Shown in pieces: positions 38,471 to 48,804 of a stretch of 64,000 nucleotides of DNA (position 1 is the stretch's first letter; each line of letters starts with the position of its first letter). The DNA is from Patescibacteria group bacterium (GTDB lineage Bacteria > Patescibacteriota > Patescibacteriia > Magasanikbacterales > GWA2-37-8). The notes beneath the pieces were generated by a model. That model was not told the origin of the DNA and ran no database searches. It saw only the letters and a program-made list of their open reading frames with translations. The translations under genes were made by a program, and so were the position numbers. The DNA lies in the NCBI GenBank assembly GCA_004321885.1, contig SCQK01000004.1, positions 1-64,000 on the forward strand, read 5' to 3'.

Positions 38471-39886
38471 ATGAAAAGACTTGACTACACCTTTACTTTT
38501 CTCCAACTTCCGGTGGATTACCTGATGCTTATTCTGGCCGGCTTTAGCGCCTATGGTTTGCGCTTCAGCAAATTCGCGGTCTCCATCCGCCCCATCATGT
38601 TTGACTTGTCCTGGAGTAAATATTGGCCCACAGCGCTTTTGGCCGCCGCGGGCTGGGTGATTATTTTCGCCCTGGCCGGGCTTTATCACTCCAACCCCAA
38701 CCGCAAATTACTGCGCGACCTGTCCCGCGTGCTCTTCGCCTGCTCCACCGGCTTCGCGGGCATCACCATTTACGTTTTTTTCACCCTGCAAAAATTTGAT
38801 TCGCGCTTTTTGGTTTTGGCCGGCTGGATTTTGGCCGCGCTCTATGTGAGCGCTGGCAGAATTATCATGCGCGGTCTAAAATTATTATTTTATAACCTGG
38901 GCCTGGGCCTGCGCCGCACGGTGATTGTCGGCTCGCAAATCATGGCCGAGCAGATTATCGGCGCCCTGGGCGGCCGCCAATATCTGGGGTACAAGGTAGT
39001 CGGTTTTTTTGACTGTTTTGATATTAGCTCGGCCAAAAAAATCGCCGCCCTTTCCCCGGATGAAATTATTTTCGCGGACCCCAAAGCCCACGGCGAGGAA
39101 GCCGTGGACGCGGTGGATTTTGCCAACGAGCACCATATCGCCTTCAAGTACTCGGCCGACCTCTTTTCCACCATCTCCACCAACATGACTGTGTCCACCA
39201 TTGCCGGCATTCCCATCATAGAGCTGGGGCGCACGCGCCTGGTGGGCTGGGGCATGATTGTCAAGAGAATTTTTGATATTCTCGGCAGTCTGATTTTGTT
39301 AATTTTCTTCTCGCCTATTTTCGCCCTGGCCGGCCTGGCTGTGCTGGCGGAAACCGGCCGTCCGGCGCTGTACCGCAACAGGCGCGTGGGGCAAAACAAC
39401 CGCGAGTTTATCGCCCTAAAATTCCGTTCCATGCGCCAAAAAGATTGCGTGGGGGAAGAATACGACAATGCCAAAAAAGCCCTGGCCAAAGAGCAAAAAC
39501 TAATAGAAACGCAGAGCGCGAAAAGCGGCCCGATTTACAAGATTAAAGACGACCCGCGCGTCACCAAAGTCGGCGCCTTTATCCGCCGCTGGAGCATAGA
39601 CGAACTGCCTCAACTGTGGAATGTGTTACGGGGGGAAATGAGTCTGGTGGGTCCGCGCCCGCACCAGCCCAGGGAAGTGAATAAATACCCATCGCGCCAC
39701 AAAATCGTCCTGGCCATCAAACCGGGCATCACCGGCCTGGCGCAAATTTCCGGCCGCAGCAGTTTAAGTTTTGAAGAGGAAATCCGGCTGGATACTTTAT
39801 ATATAGAAAAATGGAGCATCATTATGGATTTGATTATTTTGCTTAAAACCCCCTTTATTGTTTTGCGCAAAGAAGGCGCGTGGTGA
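38471..39886 (+). CDS. polyprenyl-phosphate sugar phosphotransferase (WbaP/Bac_transf family)
   Basis: Multiple N-terminal TM segments. C-terminal KRIFDILGSLILLIFFSPIFAL..KFRSM..DELPQLWNVLRGEMSLVGPRP. Confidence 0.85.
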   Translation: MKRLDYTFTFLQLPVDYLMLILAGFSAYGLRFSKFAVSIRPIMFDLSWSKYWPTALLAAAGWVIIFALAGLYHSNPNRKLLRDLSRVLFACSTGFAGITIYVFFTLQKFDSRFLVLAGWILAALYVSAGRIIMRGLKLLFYNLGLGLRRTVIVGSQIMAEQIIGALGGRQYLGYKVVGFFDCFDISSAKKIAALSPDEIIFADPKAHGEEAVDAVDFANEHHIAFKYSADLFSTISTNMTVSTIAGIPIIELGRTRLVGWGMIVKRIFDILGSLILLIFFSPIFALAGLAVLAETGRPALYRNRRVGQNNREFIALKFRSMRQKDCVGEEYDNAKKALAKEQKLIETQSAKSGPIYKIKDDPRVTKVGAFIRRWSIDELPQLWNVLRGEMSLVGPRPHQPREVNKYPSRHKIVLAIKPGITGLAQISGRSSLSFEEEIRLDTLYIEKWSIIMDLIILLKTPFIVLRKEGAW

Positions 39887-39893
39887 GACCCCT

Positions 39894-41015
39894 ATGAAAA
39901 TTGCCCTGGTCCATGATTATCTGGCTCAAGACGGAGGGGCCGAGCGCGTACTGAAAACGTTTCATGAAATCTGGCCGCAAGCGCCTATTTTTGTTCTTTT
40001 CCACAACAAAAAAATGATAGACAGCCTGCCCGAGGCTAAAATCAATCAGTCGTTCATCTCCCGCCTGCCTTTCGGGAAAAAATTTTTTCAATGGTATCTG
40101 CCTCTCATGCCCGTGGCCACGGAAAAGCACAACCTGCATGAATTTGACGTGGTGCTTTCTTCCACCAGTTCATTTGCCAAAGGCGTGCTCACGCGGCCCG
40201 AAACCCTGCACATCTCCTATTGCCACACTCCCCCGCGCTATTTGTGGACCGAGGCCCACGAATATCTAACCGACCTGCGCCTGAACCGCGCGGTCAAAGC
40301 CCTGCTCCCGCGCATCATTTACAAACTGCGCATGTGGGACCAGATGAGCGCGGACCGCGTGGATTTTTTCATCGCCAACTCGCGCACGGTGCAGTTGCGC
40401 ATAAACAAGTATTACCGCCGTGCGAGCGATTTGATTTACCCGCCCGTGGACTTGGAAAAATTTCGCGTCGCGCCCGCCATCAGCGACTACTTCGCGGCCG
40501 GCGGCCGGCTGGTGCCTTATAAAAAAATTGACCTGGTCGTGAAAACTTTCAACCGGCTGAAATGGCCCCTGAAAATTTTCGGCGTGGGGCCGGAGCTAAA
40601 CGCTCTGCAAAAAATGGCCAAGCCGAACATAGAATTTCTGGGAAAAATTTCCGATGAAGAGAAAGCGTCTTTGCTGGGTCAGGCGCGAGCGTTCATTCAT
40701 CCGCAATTAGAGGACTGCGGCATCACGCCGCTTGAAACCATGGCCAGCGGCCGGCCGGTGATCGCCTATGCGGCCGGCGGGGCCACGGAAACGGTTTTGC
40801 CAAACGAGACCGGCGTTTTTTTCCACAAGCAAAATTGGGAATCGCTTTATAAAATCCTGCTTAATTTTGACCCATATTCCTGGGACGGCGAGCGCGTGCG
40901 CCAGCATGCGGCCAAATTCAACTCCGCCAATTTCAAGCAAAAAATAAAGGATTACGTGGAGCATCGGTACGAAGAATTCAAAAAGGGACTAAGCCAGGAA
41001 AGATTATTTGTATAA
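39894..41015 (+). CDS. glycosyltransferase family 4
   Basis: MKIALVHDYLAQDGGAERV and EDCGITPLETMASGRPVIAYAAGGATETV (E-x7-E region). Confidence 0.85.
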   Translation: MKIALVHDYLAQDGGAERVLKTFHEIWPQAPIFVLFHNKKMIDSLPEAKINQSFISRLPFGKKFFQWYLPLMPVATEKHNLHEFDVVLSSTSSFAKGVLTRPETLHISYCHTPPRYLWTEAHEYLTDLRLNRAVKALLPRIIYKLRMWDQMSADRVDFFIANSRTVQLRINKYYRRASDLIYPPVDLEKFRVAPAISDYFAAGGRLVPYKKIDLVVKTFNRLKWPLKIFGVGPELNALQKMAKPNIEFLGKISDEEKASLLGQARAFIHPQLEDCGITPLETMASGRPVIAYAAGGATETVLPNETGVFFHKQNWESLYKILLNFDPYSWDGERVRQHAAKFNSANFKQKIKDYVEHRYEEFKKGLSQERLFV

Positions 41016-41018
41016 TAT

Positions 41019-42212
41019 ATGCGCGTTGGCATTGATGTCAGGCCGCTGATGAATGACGTGCGCACCGGCATTGGCGAATACACGCATTTTTTGCTGGACA
41101 CTATTTTTGACATTGATAAAAAGAACGAATATTTTCTGTTTTACAACTCCGGCAAAGATGTCGGCGCCAATATTCCCCAGTGGACGCAAAATAATATTCA
41201 TTATGTCGCGAGCAGATGGCCCAATAAAATTTTCAACGCGTCCATAAAATTTTTCAACCGGCCGCGAATCAAAGAGGTGGACATTTTTTTTTCTCCTAAT
41301 CTCAACTTCACCGCCCTGTCGCCGAAAACAAAATTTATTCTCACGGTTCACGACTTGTCCTTTGAGCTGTTTCCGGAATTTTTTTCCGCCAAACAGCGGC
41401 TGTGGCACAAAATGATAAACCCGCGCAGACAATGCCAGCGGGCCGATATTATTATCGCGCCCTCTGAAAACACCAAGCGGGATTTGAGGGAGATATATAA
41501 TATAGAAGAGAAAAAAATAAAAGTGATTTACCCGGGAATATGTCATCCCGACCCGCCACAGGGCGGGGAGGGATCTCTGTTCACGGCTGGCTCCATAATC
41601 CCCCCCACAGGGGTGGAGCTAAACTGCAAGCTGGCTCCACAGCCCGCCTTTGGCGGGATTATGGAGCCAGCCAATTCCAATCCCTACATCCTCTTCCTCG
41701 GCACCATTGAGCCGCGCAAAAATATTATCGGCCTGATAGAGGCGTTTGAAAAAGCCTGCCCCTCGCTCCCGGCGCCTTACACCCTCGTTATCGCCGGGGC
41801 CGCGGGCTGGAACAATAAACAGATTTACGAACGCGCCAAAAATTCCCCCATTAAAGATAAAATTAAAATTTTGGGATACGTGCGGCCGGAAGAAAAGCCG
41901 GCTCTGTATGCCGGCGCGGCCTTGTTTTGCTATCCCAGCATTTACGAGGGCTTTGGTTTTCCGGTTTTGGAAGCCATGTCCGCGGGGACTCCGGTTTTAA
42001 CCTCAAACCGCTCTTCCCTGCCGGAAATAACGAGCGGCGCCGCGCACCTGGTAAATCCAAACAATGTTTCCGACATGGCCGCAGGCATAATAAACATTTT
42101 AACCAACGAAAAACTGCGCAATTTTTTGAAAGAAAAGGGCCAAGAGCAGGCCGCGAAATTTTTATGGCAAGAAGCGGCGGAAAAATTTTTAAGCGTTATT
42201 CGCTCTTTGTAA
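41019..42212 (+). CDS. glycosyltransferase family 4 with a ~45-codon in-frame repeat insertion
   Basis: PSIYEGFGFPVLEAMSAGTPVLTSNRSSLPEI. The segment ICHPDPPQGGEGSLFTAGSIIPPTGVELNCKLAPQPAFGGIMEPANS is encoded by a short palindrome plus R-family copy 7. Confidence 0.85.
   Translation: MRVGIDVRPLMNDVRTGIGEYTHFLLDTIFDIDKKNEYFLFYNSGKDVGANIPQWTQNNIHYVASRWPNKIFNASIKFFNRPRIKEVDIFFSPNLNFTALSPKTKFILTVHDLSFELFPEFFSAKQRLWHKMINPRRQCQRADIIIAPSENTKRDLREIYNIEEKKIKVIYPGICHPDPPQGGEGSLFTAGSIIPPTGVELNCKLAPQPAFGGIMEPANSNPYILFLGTIEPRKNIIGLIEAFEKACPSLPAPYTLVIAGAAGWNNKQIYERAKNSPIKDKIKILGYVRPEEKPALYAGAALFCYPSIYEGFGFPVLEAMSAGTPVLTSNRSSLPEITSGAAHLVNPNNVSDMAAGIINILTNEKLRNFLKEKGQEQAAKFLWQEAAEKFLSVIRSL
41587..41670. repeat. 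R-family repeat, copy 7 (in frame inside a glycosyltransferase gene)
   Basis: CTGGCTCCATAATCCCCCCCACAGGGGTGGAGCTAAACTGCAAGCTGGCTCCACAGCCCGCCTTTGGCGGGATTATGGAGCCAG. Confidence 0.85.
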
Positions 42213-42321
42213 AAACCGCCAAACGTAGTAAAATAATAAACAGTAATTGATTTTAGTTAAAAAAACAGAAAATGCTCAATAAGAAATAAATAAGTTAAAG
42301 ATCAACTAGAAACCGACGAGT

Positions 42322-43449
42322 ATGGCAGAAAAAAAAATCCTCATCCTGCACGACTACTTCCTGTACAAAGGCGGCGGAGAACGGCTGGTGATTTCTTTGG
42401 CCAAGGGTTTGGGGGCCGATATCGCCACGGCTTTTATCGCGGCCGGCGCCTTTGACCCGCGCGACCACGGCATCAAAACCTTTGAATTATACAAAGAGAG
42501 CCGTTTTTCGCGAATCCCCGGCTTCAGATATTTGCAAACGCAATTCGCTTTTTTGCTCAAAACCGGCTTTGCCAAAAACTACGATGTCGTTATTTACAGC
42601 GGCGACTGCCTCACAGCGCGATTGCGCCTAACCAAACCAAAAAGCATCGCCTACATGCATACTCCTCCGCGTCATTTGTACGACGCCTATAGCGAACGCC
42701 TGCGCGAATATCCGTTGTGGAAAAAAATAATTTTTGTTCCCTTTGTTTGGTTCAACCGTTTGCGCTTTTCTTATTTAACAAAAAAAATGAACGTGATCGT
42801 CACAAATTCTCAAAACACGCGCGCGCGCATCAAAGAGTATTTGGGATTGGATTCCATTGTCGTTTATCCGCCCTGCGATGTCGTGCCCTTGTCCAATCTG
42901 GGCTACGGCGATTATTTTTTTTCCTGGGCCCGGCTCTATCCGATTAAACGCGTGGATAAGATCGTGGAGGCCTTTGCCGCCATGCCGGATAAAAAACTGG
43001 TGGTGGCCTCGGGCGGGCCGGATCTGGAAAAAATCCAAAAACTGGCGGCCGGCTGCCAGAACATCAAAGTGCTGGGCTGGATCAGCGACCAAGAATTGGA
43101 ACAACACCTGGGCAAATGTTTGGCCACCATTTACGTTCCGGTGCGCGAGGACTTTGGCATGAGCGCGGTTGAATCCATGAATGCAGGCAAACCGGTAATC
43201 GGCGCGGCCGAAGGCGGGCTCTTGGAAATAATTGAACACGAAAAAAACGGCTTTCTGCTAAAACCCGATTTTAGCGCCGAAGATTTACGCGCGGCCGTAC
43301 GCGCCATGACCGCGGACAAAGCCGCGGCTATGGCCAATGCCTGCCTGGCCACGAGCAAAAAATTCAGCGAGCAAAACTTCATTGAGGGAATGAAAAAAAT
43401 AGTGTATAATGTCATTGCGAGGCCGAAGCAAACCCATGCCCAACGATAG
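42322..43449 (+). CDS. glycosyltransferase family 4
   Basis: KILILHDYFLYKGGGERL and REDFGMSAVESMNAGKPVIGAAEGGLLEII. Confidence 0.85.
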   Translation: MAEKKILILHDYFLYKGGGERLVISLAKGLGADIATAFIAAGAFDPRDHGIKTFELYKESRFSRIPGFRYLQTQFAFLLKTGFAKNYDVVIYSGDCLTARLRLTKPKSIAYMHTPPRHLYDAYSERLREYPLWKKIIFVPFVWFNRLRFSYLTKKMNVIVTNSQNTRARIKEYLGLDSIVVYPPCDVVPLSNLGYGDYFFSWARLYPIKRVDKIVEAFAAMPDKKLVVASGGPDLEKIQKLAAGCQNIKVLGWISDQELEQHLGKCLATIYVPVREDFGMSAVESMNAGKPVIGAAEGGLLEIIEHEKNGFLLKPDFSAEDLRAAVRAMTADKAAAMANACLATSKKFSEQNFIEGMKKIVYNVIARPKQTHAQR

Positions 43450-43482
43450 GGATTGCTTCGCCACTTCATGGCTCGCAATGAC
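43411..43482. repeat. P-family palindrome, copy 4
   Basis: GTCATTGCGAGGCCGAAGCAAACC...GGGATTGCTTCGCC...GGCTCGCAATGAC. It spans the stop of the glycosyltransferase gene and the leader of the next gene. Confidence 0.8.
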
Positions 43483-43491
43483 AGCGACACA

Positions 43492-45897
43492 ATGGCTAAG
43501 ATACAACTGCGCCGGTGCGCTCTTTGCCAAGAGCCCGGCCACAACAAATCCACCTGCCCCCAGCGGCACGATTTTGAAGTAGCCAAGCCCTCCGCGGCCC
43601 TGCATTTTTTTGTGCACCACACGAACCGCGACTCTTCCCCTTCTCCGCACGTAGTAAACCTCAAAGAAAAAGAGGAGCTCTGGCGCGACATAGAATCTTG
43701 CGAGCCAGAACACGGCCCGAAAAATGACGACTATTATTTTTATCACATCAAACACGCTGGCCACGACGACCCGCGCCAAACCCCGGTCGTCAATATCCTG
43801 CCGCAGGACCTGGACGCGCCCACGCCGCGGCCCTTGCCCAAAAAAAGCCAGCCCAAAAACGACAAAAAATTTTTCTCTGGAGCCGTGAGAAGCTTTAGGA
43901 AAACGTTTACTCCGGCGCGGGCCGCAGTCATTGTCTCTATTCTCACGCTGGTCGCGTTCGCCCCGTCCAGCGCGCAAAATTACTATCTAAGCGTGAAGTC
44001 AACCGCGGCCACGGCGGCCGAAAGCGGCGCCGCCGCTTTTTCGGCCCTGCGCGATTCCACCGCCGCCATTATGAGCGGCCAGCTGGACCTGGCGAGGAGC
44101 GCGCTGGAAAACGCCCTGCGCAATTTCAATCTGGCAGTGGAAACATTAAACAGCAACCATCGTTTTTTACAAACCGCCGCCGCCAGCCTGCCTATTGTGG
44201 GCCGCGACGTTTCGGGTAAGCAAAAACTGCTGCTGGCCGGCCAAGCCATTGCCCGCGGCAATGCCGAGCTTTTGCAAGGCGCGACGGAAATGGAGCGCGC
44301 AGACGCTGACCTGGCAAAAAAACTTAACGGCCTGGTGTCTTATATACAGCTATCCGTGCCGGAATTTCAAAAGGCCCTGGCCAGCCTGAAGGACGTAAGT
44401 GACGACAGCCTGCCGGAAAATTTTCAGCCGGCCCTGCAAACCGTTAAATCGGTTTTTCCCGCGCTGGTAAATGATTTAAGCGACATCGCGCGCCTGGCCC
44501 AATCCATTTCCGAAATTTCGGGCGCCCGGGGTTTGCGCCGCTATCTTTTAATTTTCCAAAATCCAAACGAAATCCGGGCTACCGGCGGATTTATGGGCAG
44601 TTTCGCCCTGCTGGAAATAGAAGACGGCAAAATGCGCAATCTGACGGTGCCGCCCGGGGGTTCATACGACCTGCAGGGTCAGCTGGACACCTACCTGGAG
44701 CCGCCGGCGCCCCTGCTTCTTTCCAACAAGCGCTGGGAATTTCAAGACGCAAACTGGTTTCCGGATTTTCCGGCCAGCGCCCAAAAAATTCTTTGGTTCT
44801 ATCGCCACAGCCGCGGCATTACGGCCGACGGGGTCATTGCCATAAACGCCACTGCGCTAAACCGCGCGCTTGAGCTCACCGGGCCCGTGGCGGACAAAAA
44901 ACGGGGGCTGATTTTGGCCAAAGACAACGCCCTGGACGTCATTTCCAAGGTGGTGGAATTTGGTCCGGAAAAGAAGGACAAAAAACCAAAGCAGATTTTA
45001 TCCGACCTGGCGCCAATTTTCGCGGACTATTTTCAAAATCTTAAAGCCGGCGAAACCCTGCCCGCCCTGTCCTCCCTGCTTGACGCCTTGCAAAAAAAAG
45101 AAATTCAGGTATATTTCAACGACAAGGCAACGCAGAACATTATGGAAGAATTCGGCTGGGCCGGCAAAATGGCGAATACCTACCCGGACCAGGATTATTT
45201 AATGGTGGTTAATTCCAATCTGCAGGGTCAAAAAAGCGACGCGGCCATTTCCCAGCTGGTCAGTCACCAGGCGGTAGCGCAAGCCGACGGCAGTATCATA
45301 GACAGCGTGGTGATAGAACGAAAACACAACGGCGTCCCCGGCGAACCACTCTACGGCCAGACCAACATAGATTATATCCGCGTCTATGTGCCGGCCGGCA
45401 GCGAACTCAAGAGCGCCAGCGGTTTTGTCTGGCCCGATGAAAAAAAATTCAAAGCCCCGGCCGCCTTTTATCAAAAAGACGCTTTCCTGGCCGGCCTGGA
45501 AAAAGAAATAGCCATAGACGACAGGTCTGGCACGCGCGTAACCGATGAATTCGGCAAAAGGGCTTTCGGCAACTGGCTCATCACCGAACCGGGCCAGACC
45601 AGCCGCGTGGAATTCGTATATCAGTTGCCTTGGCTGGCTTTTGCCGCCGATAAAGCAAACTCGCTAAAATGGGCGGAAAAAATTTTTGGCGGAGCAATTT
45701 CGGCCCGCTATCAGTTGGTGGCTCAAAAACAATCCGGGGTGGAGTCCGCGTTTGAAAGCCAATTTATTTTCCCGGCCGGTTGGACGCCGGTTTGGCGCCA
45801 GGGCGAAAATATGACGTTGGCCGGAAACGGCGCCGATGTTTCCCAAACTATGTTGGACACGGACAAGATTTGGAGTTTGGTTTTAGAAAAAGAATAA
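43492..45897 (+). CDS. DUF4012 domain membrane protein
   Basis: YLLIFQNPNEIRATGGFMGSFALLEIEDGKMRNLTVPPGGSYDLQ is the block I associate with DUF4012. Often found next to glycosyltransferases in CPR genomes. Start placed at ATG 43492. Confidence 0.75.
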   Translation: MAKIQLRRCALCQEPGHNKSTCPQRHDFEVAKPSAALHFFVHHTNRDSSPSPHVVNLKEKEELWRDIESCEPEHGPKNDDYYFYHIKHAGHDDPRQTPVVNILPQDLDAPTPRPLPKKSQPKNDKKFFSGAVRSFRKTFTPARAAVIVSILTLVAFAPSSAQNYYLSVKSTAATAAESGAAAFSALRDSTAAIMSGQLDLARSALENALRNFNLAVETLNSNHRFLQTAAASLPIVGRDVSGKQKLLLAGQAIARGNAELLQGATEMERADADLAKKLNGLVSYIQLSVPEFQKALASLKDVSDDSLPENFQPALQTVKSVFPALVNDLSDIARLAQSISEISGARGLRRYLLIFQNPNEIRATGGFMGSFALLEIEDGKMRNLTVPPGGSYDLQGQLDTYLEPPAPLLLSNKRWEFQDANWFPDFPASAQKILWFYRHSRGITADGVIAINATALNRALELTGPVADKKRGLILAKDNALDVISKVVEFGPEKKDKKPKQILSDLAPIFADYFQNLKAGETLPALSSLLDALQKKEIQVYFNDKATQNIMEEFGWAGKMANTYPDQDYLMVVNSNLQGQKSDAAISQLVSHQAVAQADGSIIDSVVIERKHNGVPGEPLYGQTNIDYIRVYVPAGSELKSASGFVWPDEKKFKAPAAFYQKDAFLAGLEKEIAIDDRSGTRVTDEFGKRAFGNWLITEPGQTSRVEFVYQLPWLAFAADKANSLKWAEKIFGGAISARYQLVAQKQSGVESAFESQFIFPAGWTPVWRQGENMTLAGNGADVSQTMLDTDKIWSLVLEKE

Positions 45898-45907
45898 CTA
45901 TAATTTT

Positions 45908-47803
45908 ATGGAAAAAGACCCCCGATTTGTCTCTAAATCTTTGGACAATCCGGAGGAGCCGGCCAAAGTCATAAAACCGCGCCGAAAAGTGACACGCAAA
46001 AAAATCGCGCCGGTCAAAAGGGTGAGCAAAAAAGAAAGGCAAATCAATTCCCAGCTCACTTCCATATACAGCGACGCCAACGGCCGCATCCCCAGCATGG
46101 ACCGCATTATCATCAAACGAAATCATCCGCTGGTGAAGATTTTTTTCTTTCTGCTCGTCGTGGGCGGGGCCCTGGCCGCGGCGGCCTGGTCTGGCCTTTT
46201 GGTTTTGCCGGAAAAAAAATTCGCCGAAGAAAAAGTGTCGCTAGTCGTGCGCGGGCCAATGGCCGCCGCCCTGGGCGCCACCACCACCTATACTATTGCC
46301 TACAAAAATGACCAAAACGCCACTCTGAATAACGCGGTGCTCTCGACGCAATTTCCCAAAGACTTTGTTTATCTCTCCAGCGAACCAACGGCCCGCAACT
46401 CGGGCAACAGCGAATGGCAGCTGGGCTCGGTGGGCCCGGGCGAGGGCAGACAAATCACGATTACCGGCCTGCTCTACGGCCGGCCCGGGGGCGAGCAGTC
46501 GTGGCGCGTCTTTCTCACCTACCGGCCGCAAAACATGAACTCTGACTTGCAAAAAATCGCCATCTACAACGTGGCCGTGGAAGAGGCCGGCGTGTCGCTC
46601 GCTATTGCCGGACCGGCCAAGGCTGTCTTGGGAAACAAAGCAGAATATACTTTCCGCGCCACCGCCGCCGACAAATGGCCGGCCGGCAAATTGGAGCTCC
46701 AGCCAATCCTGCCGGATAATTTTTACCTTGTTTCTTCCTCGCCGGCTTTGGATAAAAACAAAATTTGGACCATTAAAAATACGCCCGCGACCAGCACTAT
46801 TGTTTATAAAATCGCGGGCAAGTTCAGTACTTCCTCGGAAAACGCGGCGGTCATAAAAGGAACCCTGTCGCTGGCGGCCAAAGAAACCGGCCGGCTGTTT
46901 GAGCTGGCCAGCGCCGGCGCCGACACCCAGTTGGAAGACAACGACATCAGTCTTAATCTGGCAGTCAACGGCTCCACCGGCAATATGAACGCGAGCCCGG
47001 GAGAACTGCTCAATATGTCGCTGTTTTTGAAAAATATGACGCGGCTGGAAATGAAAAACGCGGCCATCAAGTTGGCGATAGACGCGCCTTCGTACAAAAA
47101 ACAAAGCGTGCTCAACTGGACGGAAATCACCGACGAACTGGACGGCGTCATCAGCGGAGCCCAGCTTGGAGATAATGTGCGGCGGGGAGAAATCACCTGG
47201 GACAAAGCCAAATTGCCCGCGCTGGCCAAACTAAAGCCCAATGACTCGGCGAGCATAGACGTGCGCCTGCCCATCAAAGACAGCCAGGCATTCGCCTTGG
47301 CCGAACTGAAAACCTTTGAAATAAAAATCGCGGCCGAGCTGACTTACACCGACAACAACAACAAAACGCAAGTCCTGGCTACCGCTCCCATCGTCATCAG
47401 ATTAAATTCCGACCTTAAGTTAGAAGTGCGCGATACCATCACGAGTGGCGACGCGGCCAAAGAAGAGCATAAAGCCGTGTGGGTGCTGACCAATAATTTT
47501 CATCCGGTGAAAAACATAAATATATCCGCGGATATCTACGGCCTGATTGACTGGTTTGGCGGCAATACCTCCACGGTGCCGGCCGGCCAGCTGACCTACG
47601 ACCCCAAGGCGCAAAAAATCACGTGGACCGTAAACGAGATGCCGCTTTCCGTGGATACCCTGGCCCTGCCGTTTACTTTCACTTTGAAGCAAAAAAATAC
47701 CACGCAAAAAGTGCTGGTATCAAAGGCGCATGTGCAGGCCGTGGATGCGACCACCGGCGAAGCGCTTGATTTTATGGGCGATGCCATCGGCCTCAATCCT
47801 TAG
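45908..47803 (+). CDS. hypothetical membrane-anchored protein with repeated beta-sandwich-like (DUF11/CARDB-like) segments
   Basis: 631 aa with an N-terminal TM segment (IFFFLLVVGGALAAAAW). Repeated TYTIAYKN..N-type segments. The domain call is weak. Confidence 0.55.
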   Translation: MEKDPRFVSKSLDNPEEPAKVIKPRRKVTRKKIAPVKRVSKKERQINSQLTSIYSDANGRIPSMDRIIIKRNHPLVKIFFFLLVVGGALAAAAWSGLLVLPEKKFAEEKVSLVVRGPMAAALGATTTYTIAYKNDQNATLNNAVLSTQFPKDFVYLSSEPTARNSGNSEWQLGSVGPGEGRQITITGLLYGRPGGEQSWRVFLTYRPQNMNSDLQKIAIYNVAVEEAGVSLAIAGPAKAVLGNKAEYTFRATAADKWPAGKLELQPILPDNFYLVSSSPALDKNKIWTIKNTPATSTIVYKIAGKFSTSSENAAVIKGTLSLAAKETGRLFELASAGADTQLEDNDISLNLAVNGSTGNMNASPGELLNMSLFLKNMTRLEMKNAAIKLAIDAPSYKKQSVLNWTEITDELDGVISGAQLGDNVRRGEITWDKAKLPALAKLKPNDSASIDVRLPIKDSQAFALAELKTFEIKIAAELTYTDNNNKTQVLATAPIVIRLNSDLKLEVRDTITSGDAAKEEHKAVWVLTNNFHPVKNINISADIYGLIDWFGGNTSTVPAGQLTYDPKAQKITWTVNEMPLSVDTLALPFTFTLKQKNTTQKVLVSKAHVQAVDATTGEALDFMGDAIGLNP

Positions 47804-48731
47804 CATCCAAAAATTTTTCAACCAACTCTTCGGCCTTTTTTGGGTCGCTTCCCTCAATCCATTTTATCCTCTGGTCGCGCTTAAACCATGTAATCTGGCG
47901 CTTGGCGTAATTTTTTGTGTCTTTTTTGAGCGTCGCCAAGGCCTGCTCCAAACTCATCTCGCCGCGCAGATAATAGCCGATTTGCCGGTAGCCGAGCGTG
48001 CTCATGCTGGGCAAATCCCATCCGTATTTTTGCTTGGTTAAGCCAGACACTTCTTCAAGCAGGCCGCGCTTAATGTATGAATCGCATCTTTCCTCTATGC
48101 GCTTTAACAAAATTTCTTTGGGCCAGTGAAGGCCGATTTGCAAAACGTCAAACAAGGGCGCGCCCTTTTTTCTTTGCGATGAAAATGACGCGCCCGTGAT
48201 TATTTGCACTTCCAGGGCGCGAATCACGCGGCGCGGATTTTTGAGGTCAATTTTACGGGCGCCGGCCGGGTCAAGTTGCCGCAACAACCTGGCCAACTCG
48301 TCCAAACCCTTGCTTTCCAGACTGCGGCGCAAATTTTTGTTTGGCGCGATGGCCGGGATGTCAAGATTGTCAATTAAAGACCAGAGGTAAAGGCCGGTGC
48401 CGCCCACGACAATCGGCAATTTCCCGCGCGCGCTGATATCGCGGCAAATTCTGATTGCCGCGGACTTAAAATCAGCCACCGTGTAATTTTTGCCCGGGTC
48501 TATGATGTCCATCAGATAGTGCGGCACGGCTTCCACGAAATACGCTTTGTGCCGGCCGTGGCGGCGCCACTCGCCCACGGGCTTGTCCGTGGCAATGTTC
48601 ATTTTTTGATAAATCTGCCGCGAATCAGCCGAAACAATCTCGCCGTTAAATTTTTTGGCCAGCGCGATGCCCAGCTCGGTTTTGCCCGAAGCCGTGGGCC
48701 CGACAATGGCGATGATTTTAGGAAGAGACAT
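47793..48731 (-). CDS. miaA: tRNA dimethylallyltransferase
   Basis: IIAIVGPTASGKTELGIALAKKFNGEIVSADSRQIY and PIVVGGTGLY. Start placed at ATG 48731. Confidence 0.9.
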   Translation of the reverse strand: MSLPKIIAIVGPTASGKTELGIALAKKFNGEIVSADSRQIYQKMNIATDKPVGEWRRHGRHKAYFVEAVPHYLMDIIDPGKNYTVADFKSAAIRICRDISARGKLPIVVGGTGLYLWSLIDNLDIPAIAPNKNLRRSLESKGLDELARLLRQLDPAGARKIDLKNPRRVIRALEVQIITGASFSSQRKKGAPLFDVLQIGLHWPKEILLKRIEERCDSYIKRGLLEEVSGLTKQKYGWDLPSMSTLGYRQIGYYLRGEMSLEQALATLKKDTKNYAKRQITWFKRDQRIKWIEGSDPKKAEELVEKFLDAKD

Positions 48732-48804
48732 AGGTCGTTCCCCTCCCCTTGATATCTGCGGATATTTACTCATTCGTTCGGAAGTAAAAGTATAAACTTT
48801 TACT

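Noticed and set aside
43131-43977. Minus-strand ORFs of 186 aa and 230 aa across the glycosyltransferase/DUF4012 junction.
   Set aside because: They lie antisense to two motif-supported plus-strand genes and run across a P-family palindrome.
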